Shown here one piece after another: positions 31,736-41,267 of a stretch of DNA of 53,379 bases (positions are counted from its first letter, which is position 1; every line of letters starts with the position of its first letter). The notes under the pieces are model-generated. The model saw only the letters and a list, made by a program, of their open reading frames with translations, searched no databases and was not told the origin of the DNA. The stretch comes from Thraustochytrium aureum (taxonomy: Eukaryota). A program made the position numbers and the translations under genes. Location: the NCBI GenBank assembly GCA_012862495.1, contig BLSG01000189.1:1-53379 (forward strand), written 5' to 3'.

Positions 31736-31926
31736 GCTGGTGCGGCGCTGCTGCGTTGTTGGTTGGCACGGCGCAGCGTTCGTTGTGCACTAGTTGCGTT
31801 GCGGGTTTGGAGCGGGACAAGAAGGCGCGGGCTTGAAGCCGAGATGGAAGCGGACTCGAGGCCAGCAGAGCGCTGACAGGGGTTTGTTGGCGCAGTACGC
31901 GCGAGCGAGGCCGGTCGACGGGTTGG

Positions 31927-32669
31927 ATGGGCGCGAGCGCGAGCAAAGGCCCGAAGAACGCCGCTGGGGACGGGATGGCGGCGGCGAATGGTGCGTGCAG
32001 AGCTGTCGGTGAAGCTGTGCTCGCTGACCGGATCAAAGGCGCGCTGTACGGGCTGCTGATCGCTGAGGCGTTGGCTGCGCCGACCCACTGGTTTTATGGA
32101 GGTGAGCGACAGGTGGCGGCCACGTACGGTGGGCCGGTGACTGGTTTTGTCAAGCCTGTGACGCACCTGCCCGGCTCAATCATGTCGAAGAGCAACACGG
32201 GCGGCGGCGGCCGGGGCGGCTACTCGGGCGACGTGATCGGCAAGATCATCTTTCACGGCAAGAAAAAGTACTGGGCCCCCGGCGCCGACTATCACTATCA
32301 CCACATGCTCGAGGCGGGCGACAACGCCCTAGAAGGCCTGCTCGCGCGCCGCGTGGTGGCCGTCACGGCCGCAGCTGGCGGCCGATTCGACGAGCAAGCC
32401 ATCCTCGACGACTACGTTGCCTTTATGACAACGCCGGACACGCACAACGACACGTACTGCGGGACCTCGCACCGCATGTTCTTCGCCAACCACGCCAGCG
32501 GCAAGCCGCTTAACAAGTGCCCGGACAACGACCGCCACAACGTCGACGCCGCCTGCGCACTCGTCACCACTGTGCCCGTCGCGCTCACTTCAGCCGACGA
32601 CGAGGAGGCGGCCCGAAACGCGCGGCGCATGGTCCGCCTAACCCGCGAATCACCCGAGAGCGAGCGGTA
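31927..32669 (+). CDS. ADP-ribosylglycohydrolase (ARH/DraG family) protein, 3' part in gap
   Basis: DRIKGALYGLLIAEALAAPTHWFY (family N-terminal motif), HYHHMLEAGDN, YVAFMTTPDTHNDTY..HRMFFAN. Confidence 0.8.
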
Positions 32670-32967
32670 NNNNNNNNNNNNNNNNNNNNNNNNNNNNNNN
32701 NNNNNNNNNNNNNNNNNNNNNNNNNNNNNNNNNNNNNNNNNNNNNNNNNNNNNNNNNNNNNNNNNNNNNNNNNNNNNNNNNNNNNNNNNNNNNNNNNNNN
32801 NNNNNNNNNNNNNNNNNNNNNNNNNNNNNNNNNNNNNNNNNNNNNNNNNNNNNNNNNNNNNNNNNNNNNNNNNNNNNNNNNNNNNNNNNNNNNNNNNNNN
32901 NNNNNNNNNNNNNNNNNNNNNNNNNNNNNNNNNNNNNNNNNNNNNNNNNNNNNNNNNNNNNNNNNNN

Positions 32968-34551
32968 CTCCTCTCGGCCGTGGCATGGCTGGCCAGCTGC
33001 TCTTCCGCCGCGCTGCCGCCGCTCGTGGGCGAGCACGTGGACGCGGCGTGCCCAGGCGCCGACGAGCGGGGCGAGGTGGCCGTCGAGGTCGTCGAGCCGC
33101 GCGGGGAGCTCGTGTTCGTGCTGCAGTCCACGCAGGTCAAGGTGCAGCCGCGCAAGGGCGACGCGAGGTTTGCGGCGCAATGGCACGTCTGCATGCAGAT
33201 CCTCAGCGTGCAGTACGACGCGCATCCGGGGCGCTGCTTCGAGTACAACTCGGCGAGAACGGTGGGGCTCAGTGGCCTTCCCTTTGGCAACCACACGCTG
33301 CTCGTCTGGGTGCAGGCCGGGCAGAGCGCGGCGGCAATGCCGTGCAAAGGCTCGCTTGTCGCGCAGCAGTTCTGGGTTGTCCCCGTGCTCCCCTCGCGGC
33401 AAGTGGCGGCGGAGCTGGCAAGGACGGGCGGGCGCCCCCCGCCGTGCAGTTTTCAAAGGGCGCGGCCTCGAGCGGCTTCCGCGCCGGGCGGCGCTAGCCT
33501 GGCCATCATCGTGCTCGTGAACCGCGGAGGGAAGGCGCTCCACGCGGCGGCCGCTAGCTGGAAATCGAGCGGCCTCCTCGACCTGGCGGCGCTGAGGCTC
33601 GCATTCTTCCAAAACCTGCAGCACCCGGGCGCAAGGCCAGAGCCTGGCTCTATCTTGGTGAAACAGCAAGACGTCCAAGACGCGCGCGCGGCAAGCCTGC
33701 CGCCAGACTCTGATTTCGTCGTGACGGGGTCCAGCGAGCAGGTCGGAATCGGTGCGGCGCTCGTTGCGCTTGTGCAACGCGCGGCCGCCTTCGGGGCGGA
33801 GCATGTCCTCTTCCTGGAAGAGGACTTCGTCGTAAACGATGAATTCTTGGCGCGCCAGCGCGGCGGCGCTAGCCGCGTTGCAGCCATCGTTGGGCAGGCC
33901 CGCGACCTCGTGCGCTCTGGAGCGGCTCACCTGGTCAAGCTGCGCCACCGCGTCGATCCTGGCTATCCGTTCTATCCGTTCGTCTGGGTTGGTCACGAAG
34001 GCGAGCTCACGACCGCGGCAACCCCGTGCGTCTCAAACCACAGTCTTTTGGAGACGATGCACTGGCTCCACGACCCGCCTAGCCACTTTGCGCGGCTCAC
34101 AGGGCTTGCCTTCGATGACGTGATCTGGCCCTGTGGAAGGGCACCAAGGGACCCGCACGAGGCCGTCGGAGAGCCCTGGTACTGCGCCTTTTCGACCCAC
34201 GCTGGCTGGTCGAACAATCCGTGGCTGGCCCCGCCAGCGCTGTTCTTGGAGAACATCGCTGAGGCTGCCCTCGCAGACACCACGCGGTCCATCGAAGGGG
34301 CGGTCAACCTGAGCCCGCACCTGTGGGACGCCAAGTGCTTTGTTCTTGCGCAAGGGCATGGCCTTTTTACGCACCGTGACACGGACGGGCGCCCGCTGAC
34401 GCAGCAAAGCCCTTTCGAGGACCCTTTCGGGGAGGTGGTGCAATTACGTGTGCGACACTTGGCCTCTGCTCTTGCGTTGGTTGCCTCGAGCGGTGCCGTA
34501 GAGGCCTCTTGCGGCGGCCAGCTCGACGCGGTCGAAGCGCTAGTCGCGTAG
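32968..34551 (+). CDS. Secretory-pathway glycosyltransferase-like protein (Ig-like module + GT-A/GT2-like domain), start in gap
   Basis: Hydrophobic N-terminal remnant LLSAVAWLASCSSAA; beta-rich module VEVVEPRGE..GLPFGNHTLLVW; GT-A features SLAIIVLV..SW..GLL, VGIGAAL, VLFLEEDF (DxD-like), WSNNPW, GLFTH. Confidence 0.6.
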   Translation, partial: LLSAVAWLASCSSAALPPLVGEHVDAACPGADERGEVAVEVVEPRGELVFVLQSTQVKVQPRKGDARFAAQWHVCMQILSVQYDAHPGRCFEYNSARTVGLSGLPFGNHTLLVWVQAGQSAAAMPCKGSLVAQQFWVVPVLPSRQVAAELARTGGRPPPCSFQRARPRAASAPGGASLAIIVLVNRGGKALHAAAASWKSSGLLDLAALRLAFFQNLQHPGARPEPGSILVKQQDVQDARAASLPPDSDFVVTGSSEQVGIGAALVALVQRAAAFGAEHVLFLEEDFVVNDEFLARQRGGASRVAAIVGQARDLVRSGAAHLVKLRHRVDPGYPFYPFVWVGHEGELTTAATPCVSNHSLLETMHWLHDPPSHFARLTGLAFDDVIWPCGRAPRDPHEAVGEPWYCAFSTHAGWSNNPWLAPPALFLENIAEAALADTTRSIEGAVNLSPHLWDAKCFVLAQGHGLFTHRDTDGRPLTQQSPFEDPFGEVVQLRVRHLASALALVASSGAVEASCGGQLDAVEALVA

Positions 34552-34621
34552 GCGCGAGCAAGGATGTGGAAGAAGAAGAAGAAGAAGAGTTGACCAGAAC
34601 TTTGAAGAACGTCCAGCCTAG

Positions 34622-35470
34622 CTAGCATATCTGCCTCATTTCCAAATGCGGGACGATCACGTCCAGAACTGCAGCACGCCACTCGGGCTTCAGGCAGACG
34701 TCGTTGCGAAACTCGAGCATGAGAGCGTCGCGGAGGCCGGGGGCTGGCGACGAGTTGTAGACAAAGCAGTCCGCGGCAAACATGAACCCGTCCTTGGCGC
34801 TCCACGGCTCGTTCAGGCGAGTAGAGACCCCGGCCCGCTCGAGGCCGTCGAGCATCGCCTTGGCGAGTCCCTCGTTCTTGGCCGAGTAGAGGATCCCGAC
34901 CTCGAAGGGCCGGATCGAACCCTCGTAGTTGGCGGTGTAGGTGTGGATGGACACGGCGGTCGTCGCGGCCGAGGCCTGCGCGACGCGCTCTAGCTCCCAG
35001 TGGTACGGCACGTAGTACCTTTGCACGCGATCGAGCAGCTGGGCCTGGTCCAGGTCCGCGTTGAGCCCCACGGCCTCGCCGTCGCACGCCTTGCGCGCAA
35101 GCGTGGCTGAGGCAACTGGCCGGTTGACGTCCACAAAGAGCCGAGAGAACCGAGAGAGCACCGCGGGGGCCTCAACCCGAGCGGCGAGCTCCACCGCAAA
35201 CTCTCGTGCGCCGGGGTCAAAGGCCCAGTGTTGTCCGGGAAGGCCTCGTTCGAGGTCTTTTGCAGTCCAGCCCGCGCGCGCCGGGAGCTCGTTGCCCGCG
35301 TGCTCGCACGTCACGAGAAGCTTGAGCGGGTTGCGCCGCTCTTCGCCCTGCACAGCCACATTAGCCTCGACCTGCTCCGCGGCCGTCGCCAGGCCGCGCC
35401 CCGCGCCGATGACCTGGCGGCGCAGGGCAGCCCCAAAGGTGGCGTTGACGGTCGCCAGGCCCGCCGCCAT
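34622..35470 (-). CDS. N-formylglutamate amidohydrolase family protein with a possible mitochondrial presequence
   Basis: LLVTCEHAGN, HWAFDPGA, SRFSRLFVDVNR, YYVPYH, SIHTYT, RPFEVGILY, NEPW. The N-terminus is Arg/Ala-rich and lacks acidic residues. Confidence 0.85.
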   Translation of the reverse strand: MAAGLATVNATFGAALRRQVIGAGRGLATAAEQVEANVAVQGEERRNPLKLLVTCEHAGNELPARAGWTAKDLERGLPGQHWAFDPGAREFAVELAARVEAPAVLSRFSRLFVDVNRPVASATLARKACDGEAVGLNADLDQAQLLDRVQRYYVPYHWELERVAQASAATTAVSIHTYTANYEGSIRPFEVGILYSAKNEGLAKAMLDGLERAGVSTRLNEPWSAKDGFMFAADCFVYNSSPAPGLRDALMLEFRNDVCLKPEWRAAVLDVIVPHLEMRQIC

Positions 35471-36342
35471 CCTCGCACAGGAAGGAAGCGAGGCGCAAGC
35501 CCCAACTTGCACGCGTACGAAGCGGCAGCGCGTTCCTGCTGGCCGCGGCGATCGCCGGTTGGCGGGCTATCGAGCGGGACTGAGCTCGTGGCGGCGCGGA
35601 GAGGTCGCGACACCGTCCAGAAGCTGTGCTCACTCGAACTCTGAACAGAGTCGTCGTGATGTTTGATGTGGGGGACTTACTCGGTGGCATGCACTCCATC
35701 AATCAAAAGTACCAACTCAACTCACCACGGGACAGACTCGCCTGGCACGGCATGATGATNNNNNNNNNNNNNNNNNNNNNNNNNNNNNNNNNNNNNNNNN
35801 NNNNNNNNNNNNNNNNNNNNNNNNNNNNNNNNNNNNNNNNNNNNNNNNNNNNNNNNNNNNNNNNNNNNNNNNNNNNNNNNNNNNNNNNNNNNNNNNNNNN
35901 NNNNNNNNNNNNNNNNNNNNNNNNNNNNNNNNNNNNNNNNNNNNNNNNNNNNNNNNNNNNNNNNNNNNNNNNNNNNNNNNNNNNNNNNNNNNNNNNNNNN
36001 NNNNNNNNNNNNNNNNNNNNNNNNNNNNNNNNNNNNNNNNNNNNNNNNNNNNNNNNNNNNNNNNNNNNNNNNNNNNNNNNNNNNNNNNNNNNNNNNNNNN
36101 NNNNNNNNNNNNNNNNNNNNNNNNNNNNNNNNNNNNNNNNNNNNNNNNNNNNNNNNNNNNNNNNNNNNNNNNNNNNNNNNNNNNNNNNNNNNNNNNNNNN
36201 NNNNNNNNNNNNNNNNNNNNNNNNNNNNNNNNNNNNNNNNNNNNNNNNNNNNNNNNNNNNNNNTTTTTTTCCGATTTGTCACAAGACGAGCTAACTAGCT
36301 TCACAGAGGGATGTGGATGCAGCTCACGGCTGCTAAGCAACT

Positions 36343-37188
36343 CTACACCATGGCAGTCGGCCCATCCGCCTGCTCCTTGCCACGAGACGGGTCAAAGTCG
36401 CTGGCCGGAAACGCAATGTCGTCCGCGCTGGGCTCGTCCGCGGCGCGGCCCGCGGCGCAGAGCGTGAAGGCGCTGAAGAGAAGCAGCAGGCTCGCCGAGA
36501 CCATAGCCCAGAAACCGGGGCCGAGGTACAAGCCGAACAAGTAGTTGAAGGTCGCGTAGGCAGTCGCGTTGTTGGGGTCGCCGAGCGGCATCAGCAGCCC
36601 GGCAGACCCGTTCATCAGGCCCTTGGTGTACTCGGAACTGAGAAACTCGGCGTACGAGACGGTCGCAAAGATAAAGCCCAGCACCGCGGCAAAGCCGCCA
36701 GCCAAGCCCGCGCGGCGGCCCGCCCGAGGCACCGCCAGCCCGACAAGTCCGCTGAGGCCTGCAAAGACGACTGCAAGAATGCCAAAGGTCTGCGTAAGCG
36801 CGAGCGTGTGCGGGGTCTGAAAGGTTCCGTTCGGGCCCGTGCAAAACCCGTACGCGCCAAACTGGTTGTACCCGTTGGTGCCGGTGCCGGTGACTGTCGA
36901 GCCGGCTGTCAGGCTCGTCATTGACGCGTTGCAGGCTGCGTCGTTGATGTCGCTGATGTACAGCCAGTACGAGCTGGACCCGTACGCCCACAAACCGCTC
37001 ATGCTTTGCGACGAGTACGAGGCGACGTATGGGCCTGTGCCCACCGTGGTGGTCCGCGTTGACGTTCTCGATATCACAATCGAGCTCGCCCAGAGCCAGT
37101 AGGGAGTCACGAGAGCCACGAGAGCGATCAAGAACGCGCAGCAGCTGGCGCAAGCGCCCCTGCTCGCTCTGTCTCCAGCGACACGCAT
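36343..37188 (-). CDS. Claudin/PMP22-superfamily-like four-TM membrane protein
   Basis: TM1 ends TPYW; the first loop has GLW and two Cys; three further TMs, with YLGPGFW before TM4. Confidence 0.65.
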   Translation of the reverse strand: MRVAGDRASRGACASCCAFLIALVALVTPYWLWASSIVISRTSTRTTTVGTGPYVASYSSQSMSGLWAYGSSSYWLYISDINDAACNASMTSLTAGSTVTGTGTNGYNQFGAYGFCTGPNGTFQTPHTLALTQTFGILAVVFAGLSGLVGLAVPRAGRRAGLAGGFAAVLGFIFATVSYAEFLSSEYTKGLMNGSAGLLMPLGDPNNATAYATFNYLFGLYLGPGFWAMVSASLLLLFSAFTLCAAGRAADEPSADDIAFPASDFDPSRGKEQADGPTAMV

Positions 37189-38908
37189 TCTTCTTCGTGC
37201 TCCTTTGACGAACTGTGGCGAGGCGTGCGGCGAGTTGGGCGAGTTCACTGCTCTTGTATTCTGCGTTGGTCTGCTGCTTGGTCTGCGCTGTTGTTTGGGG
37301 TCTGCTGGCCAGCGCCAGCTCAAGCGGGCGCGAGGGGCAGCGCTTGCCGATAAGTGTTCTTCAAGCGACAAGCAGGCGTGCTGAACGCCGTCTCAGGGCA
37401 CTTTGGTCGTTTTTGTTCAAGCCCGGTAGTGCCGCAAGCACGAGGACAGCAAGGATTGTCGCTGAACTGCCAAGCAACACCTGCGGACGGGTTTCCTCTG
37501 CCGCGAGGTTGGACCACGCTGAGCTCGTTTTTGAAAATTCATCTGCTCAGGGCAGTCGATTCGGCGGATGGATTGACGACGAAATTCAACCACCGCAAGC
37601 CTGATGATGCGTCCAAGAGTTCGACCAGGTCGGGTCCTCCTCGGCTCGCGACTCTCGTCTCGGCTTGCTCTGCGATGATGTGCCAAGATCAAAAAACAGT
37701 TCGGACTCCGAAAGGATGGATGGTGTGTTGTGTGCTGAAAAGGATTCGTTGTGTTCGTTGGGGCGTTGTTCAGCAGATGGAACTTCCCGCCATGCTGACT
37801 CTCGCCACGCCTCGCAGGTCTGCGGAGGCCGCTGCAGGCCACGCCACACGCCAGCTCATTGCTCTCTAGCTCGGCCCAAGGAGAATCATCATCCGGCATT
37901 GGCAGCAAGGCAAGCTCGTTTTTTGTTCGTGGTGAATTTTTATCAAAAGTCAAGTGTGCACATGCGACGATCCCTGTGNNNNNNNNNNNNNNNNNNNNNN
38001 NNNNNNNNNNNNNNNNNNNNNNNNNNNNNNNNNNNNNNNNNNNNNNNNNNNNNNNNNNNNNNNNNNNNNNNNNNNNNNNNNNNNNNNNNNNNNNNNNNNN
38101 NNNNNNNNNNNNNNNNNNNNNNNNNNNNNNNNNNNNNNNNNNNNNNNNNNNNNNNNNNNNNNNNNNNNNNNNNNNNNNNNNNNNNNNNNNNNNNNNNNNN
38201 NNNNNNNNNNNNNNNNNNNNNNNNNNNNNNNNNNNNNNNNNNNNNNNNNNNNNNNNNNNNNNNNNNNNNNNNNNNNNNNNNNNNNNNNNNNNNNNNNNNN
38301 NNNNNNNNNNNNNNNNNNNNNNNNNNNNNNNNNNNNNNNNNNNNNNNNNNNNNNNNNNNNNNNNNNNNNNNNNNNNNNNNNNNNNNNNNNNNNNNNNNNN
38401 NNNNNNNNNNNNNNNNNNNNNNNNNNNNNNNNNNNNNNNNNNNNNNNNNNNNNNNNNNNNNNNNNNNNNNNNNNNNNNNNNNNNNNNNNNNNNNNNNNNN
38501 NNNNNNNNNNNNNNNNNNNNNNNNNNNNNNNNNNNNNNNNNNNNNNNNNNNNNNNNNNNNNNNNNNNNNNNNNNNNNNNNNNNNNNNNNNNNNNNNNNNN
38601 NNNNNNNNNNNNNNNNNNNNNNNNNNNNNNNNNNNNNNNNNNNNNNNNNNNNNNNNNNNNNNNNNNNNNNNNNNNNNNNNNNNNNNNNNNNNNNNNNNNN
38701 NNNNNNNNNNNNNNNNNNNNNNNNNNNNNNNNNNNNNNNNNNNNNNNNNNNNNNNNNNNNNNNNNNNNNNNNNNNNNNNNNNNNNNNNNNNNNNNNNNNN
38801 NNNNNNNNNNNNNNNNNNNNNNNNNNNNNNNNNNNNNNNNNNNNNNNNNNNNNNNNNNNNNNNNNNNNNNNNNNNNNNNNNNNNNNNNNNNNNNNNNNNN
38901 NNNNNNAG

Positions 38909-39561
38909 CGCAAGCTCGCGAGGGAGGTTGTGGGCAAGCTGCAGGAGTCTGGGTCGATGGTAGCGAACGAGCTTCTCCATGTGGCGGAGGGCTTTGGCGT
39001 GGACGAGGCGCGCTTGCAAGGGTCGTGCGGGCGCTCGTGGCGACCGGGCTCGTCACGGAGACGGTGCTGGCTGGGGACGCCGTGCGAGGCGATCGGCAGT
39101 TTCACTTTCTTGACGGCAGGCCTCTGCTGCGGCGGCTCCCGCTCGAGGCGCTCGCGAACACGGTCGATGAAGAGACCGCCAAGGTCGACGCGCTCCGCGA
39201 GCGGGTGTCCAAGCTGCGCGAGGCGCTGGGGCTCAAACCGCTGCCCCCGCCGGAACAAGCGGAGGGCGAGCGCCGAAAGCTGTTGGCGCAGGTGGAAGAG
39301 GAGCGCAGGCTTCGGCAAGTTGCTCTGGCTGCGGCAGCCGCCGCTGAGCACAAGGCCGCCCCGCCGGTGGAGCGCCCGCCGCCTGGCGCGGACCTCGAGA
39401 CGGACGACGAGCTGCTGCGCCGGCTGAAGCGCGAGATGTCGATGCGTCCGCGGCCCACATGCGACCTGTTGTTGAAAGTGTTTGGCGGGAGTGCGGAGGC
39501 GGCGCACGCTGATCCCACGTATGGGCCACTCCTCGATGAGATCGAGGGCTCAAGTTCCTAG
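38909..39561 (+). CDS. C-terminal part of an uncharacterised protein: winged-helix-like segment + coiled coil; frameshift near 39020
   Basis: LAREVVGKLQESGSMVANELLHVAEGFGVDEARLQ(G)VVRALVATGLVTE joins the two frames if one G is added to a G run, then a coiled coil (ETAKVDALRERVSKLREAL). Confidence 0.5.
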
Positions 39562-39819
39562 TGGGCCTTTCGGTGTTGGCCGTTTGGTGTTGGTCACCGG
39601 CGCGCGAGGGCGGCCTGCCGCGGCCGCAGAGGCGCACGCAGCCCCACGCGGCGTGCACCCGCACACCCGCACCGGCCGGCCAACGCACGCGCCGGACGAC
39701 TGCAAAGTCCCAACGCAGGATCAACAAAAACTATAGATAGATAGGTAAGTAGATTGAGGCACTTTTTTTGGAGACAGTTTCGTTCGCGTGAGGCAGGTTG
39801 ACGAGTCGGCGCAGGGCTG

Positions 39820-40793
39820 TCAGCGGCTCGCGTGCTTGAGAAAGAGGACGAGCACGATGAGAGCAAGCAATAGCACGATGATGGCCCAGAGGATCGCCTT
39901 GTTGTAGCAAGCGCGTCGCGCCATTCGTCCCAAGGCGCGCTGCGCCTGCGTTGCTGTCGAGTTGGTCTGTTCGACGTTGTGCGTGGCATTCAGCAGGGTC
40001 TCGCGCTGCCCGTCGAGCGTGGAGAGCACGCTGACACCCACCTCCTCGGTGTGTCCGAGCGTTTGTTGGGACTAGGTTTGGCGCGTCAGCAACGGGGCGC
40101 CCGAGCTGATTCATCTTTGCGCGCGCGCGGACTTACGCTGGCCAAATAGTTGTTAGACCGCTCTTGGGTTGCCATCACTTGCTGCAAAATCTGGCTGTCT
40201 TCTTCACTTTGCGCGGCGGCGCTCCCGGCGTCGCTGCCAAACGAGCCCTGTCCAGGCGGGGCGGCGCCTTGCTGCACGCGGGAGCTCGCGAAAAGGTCGT
40301 TTCGCGCTGCGGCTGTATCGACAGTGTCTAGAGCCGCCTCTGCAGACTCTACCTTTGCTTTGGCCCGCTGGAAAGCCTGCCGTCCTTTGGCCGTCTCATG
40401 TCGAGGGAGCGTGCCCGCAGCGACCTCGATGCGTTTGAGCTGCGTATGCCAGCGCCGGCTGTCAGTCGGCGGCGTGCGGGCAGCGAGAGCGAGCGGAATA
40501 GAGCAAAAGGTGAACAACCGCGGTCTCAAACCCTCGCACGTACGTTTTGTTTTGTGAGCGTGAGCGCTCGACCGGCCTCCGCCCGGAGTTGTCTCACGCG
40601 TGGCGTATCTGCGGACCCACTCGAGCCGCGTCCACCGTGGCACTGCGGTCAGTCGCCAAGCACACCGCGCCGCAGCTCCCTTCTCTCGCGACTCACCTCT
40701 TTGTGCGACCGCTTTCTCTAGTGCTGACTTGGTCTTCGCGAGCGCCTGCAGGGCCAACTCGAGCTGCGTCTCGAAGCGCTCAATCTGCTCCAT
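39820..40793 (-). CDS. VTI1-like: Vti1-like Qb-SNARE, spliced (about 3 short introns)
   Basis: SNARE motif TEEVGVSVLSTLDGQRETL..AQRALGRMARR followed by a C-terminal TM. Intron 40136-40072 (GTAAGT..CTGAC..TAG) joins the frames exactly. Further candidate introns at 40696-40643 and about 40543-40459. Confidence 0.8.
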
Positions 40794-41267
40794 CGCGCCC
40801 GGCACGCCGAAGAGCCCAAGCAAAGTGGCGCCGGCGGCTCTCGCTCGCAAGAGAACCACCCCACCTGCTGCCCTGCGCCGGCTCTGCCACGATCCGCGGC
40901 GTGCCAGCTGCACTTGAACAGAACANNNNNNNNNNNNNNNNNNNNNNNNNNNNNNNNNNNNNNNNNNNNNNNNNNNNNNNNNNNNNNNNNNNNNNNNNNN
41001 NNNNNNNNNNNNNNNNNNNNNNNNNNNNNNNNNNNNNNNNNNNNNNNNNNNNNNNNNNNNNNNNNNNNNNNNNNNNNNNNNNNNNNNNNNNNNNNNNNNN
41101 NNNNNNNNNNNNNNNNNNNNNNNNNNNNNNNNNGTTGTCCTCCCGAGTCCCGAGTCAACAAACGAAGCCTCTGATCTCTGATCAGGCCTGTCCTCACGAC
41201 CAGACCTCCAACGCGCTCGGACATTCTCTCAAGGCAACCTCGAGGACTGGAGCGGGCGACGTGAAGC

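Noticed and set aside
31927..34551. ARH-glycosyltransferase fusion suggested by the 874-aa ORF
   Set aside because: The two parts are joined only through N gap 32670-32967. The second part starts with its own signal-like sequence and the ARH C-terminus is missing, so two genes are more likely.
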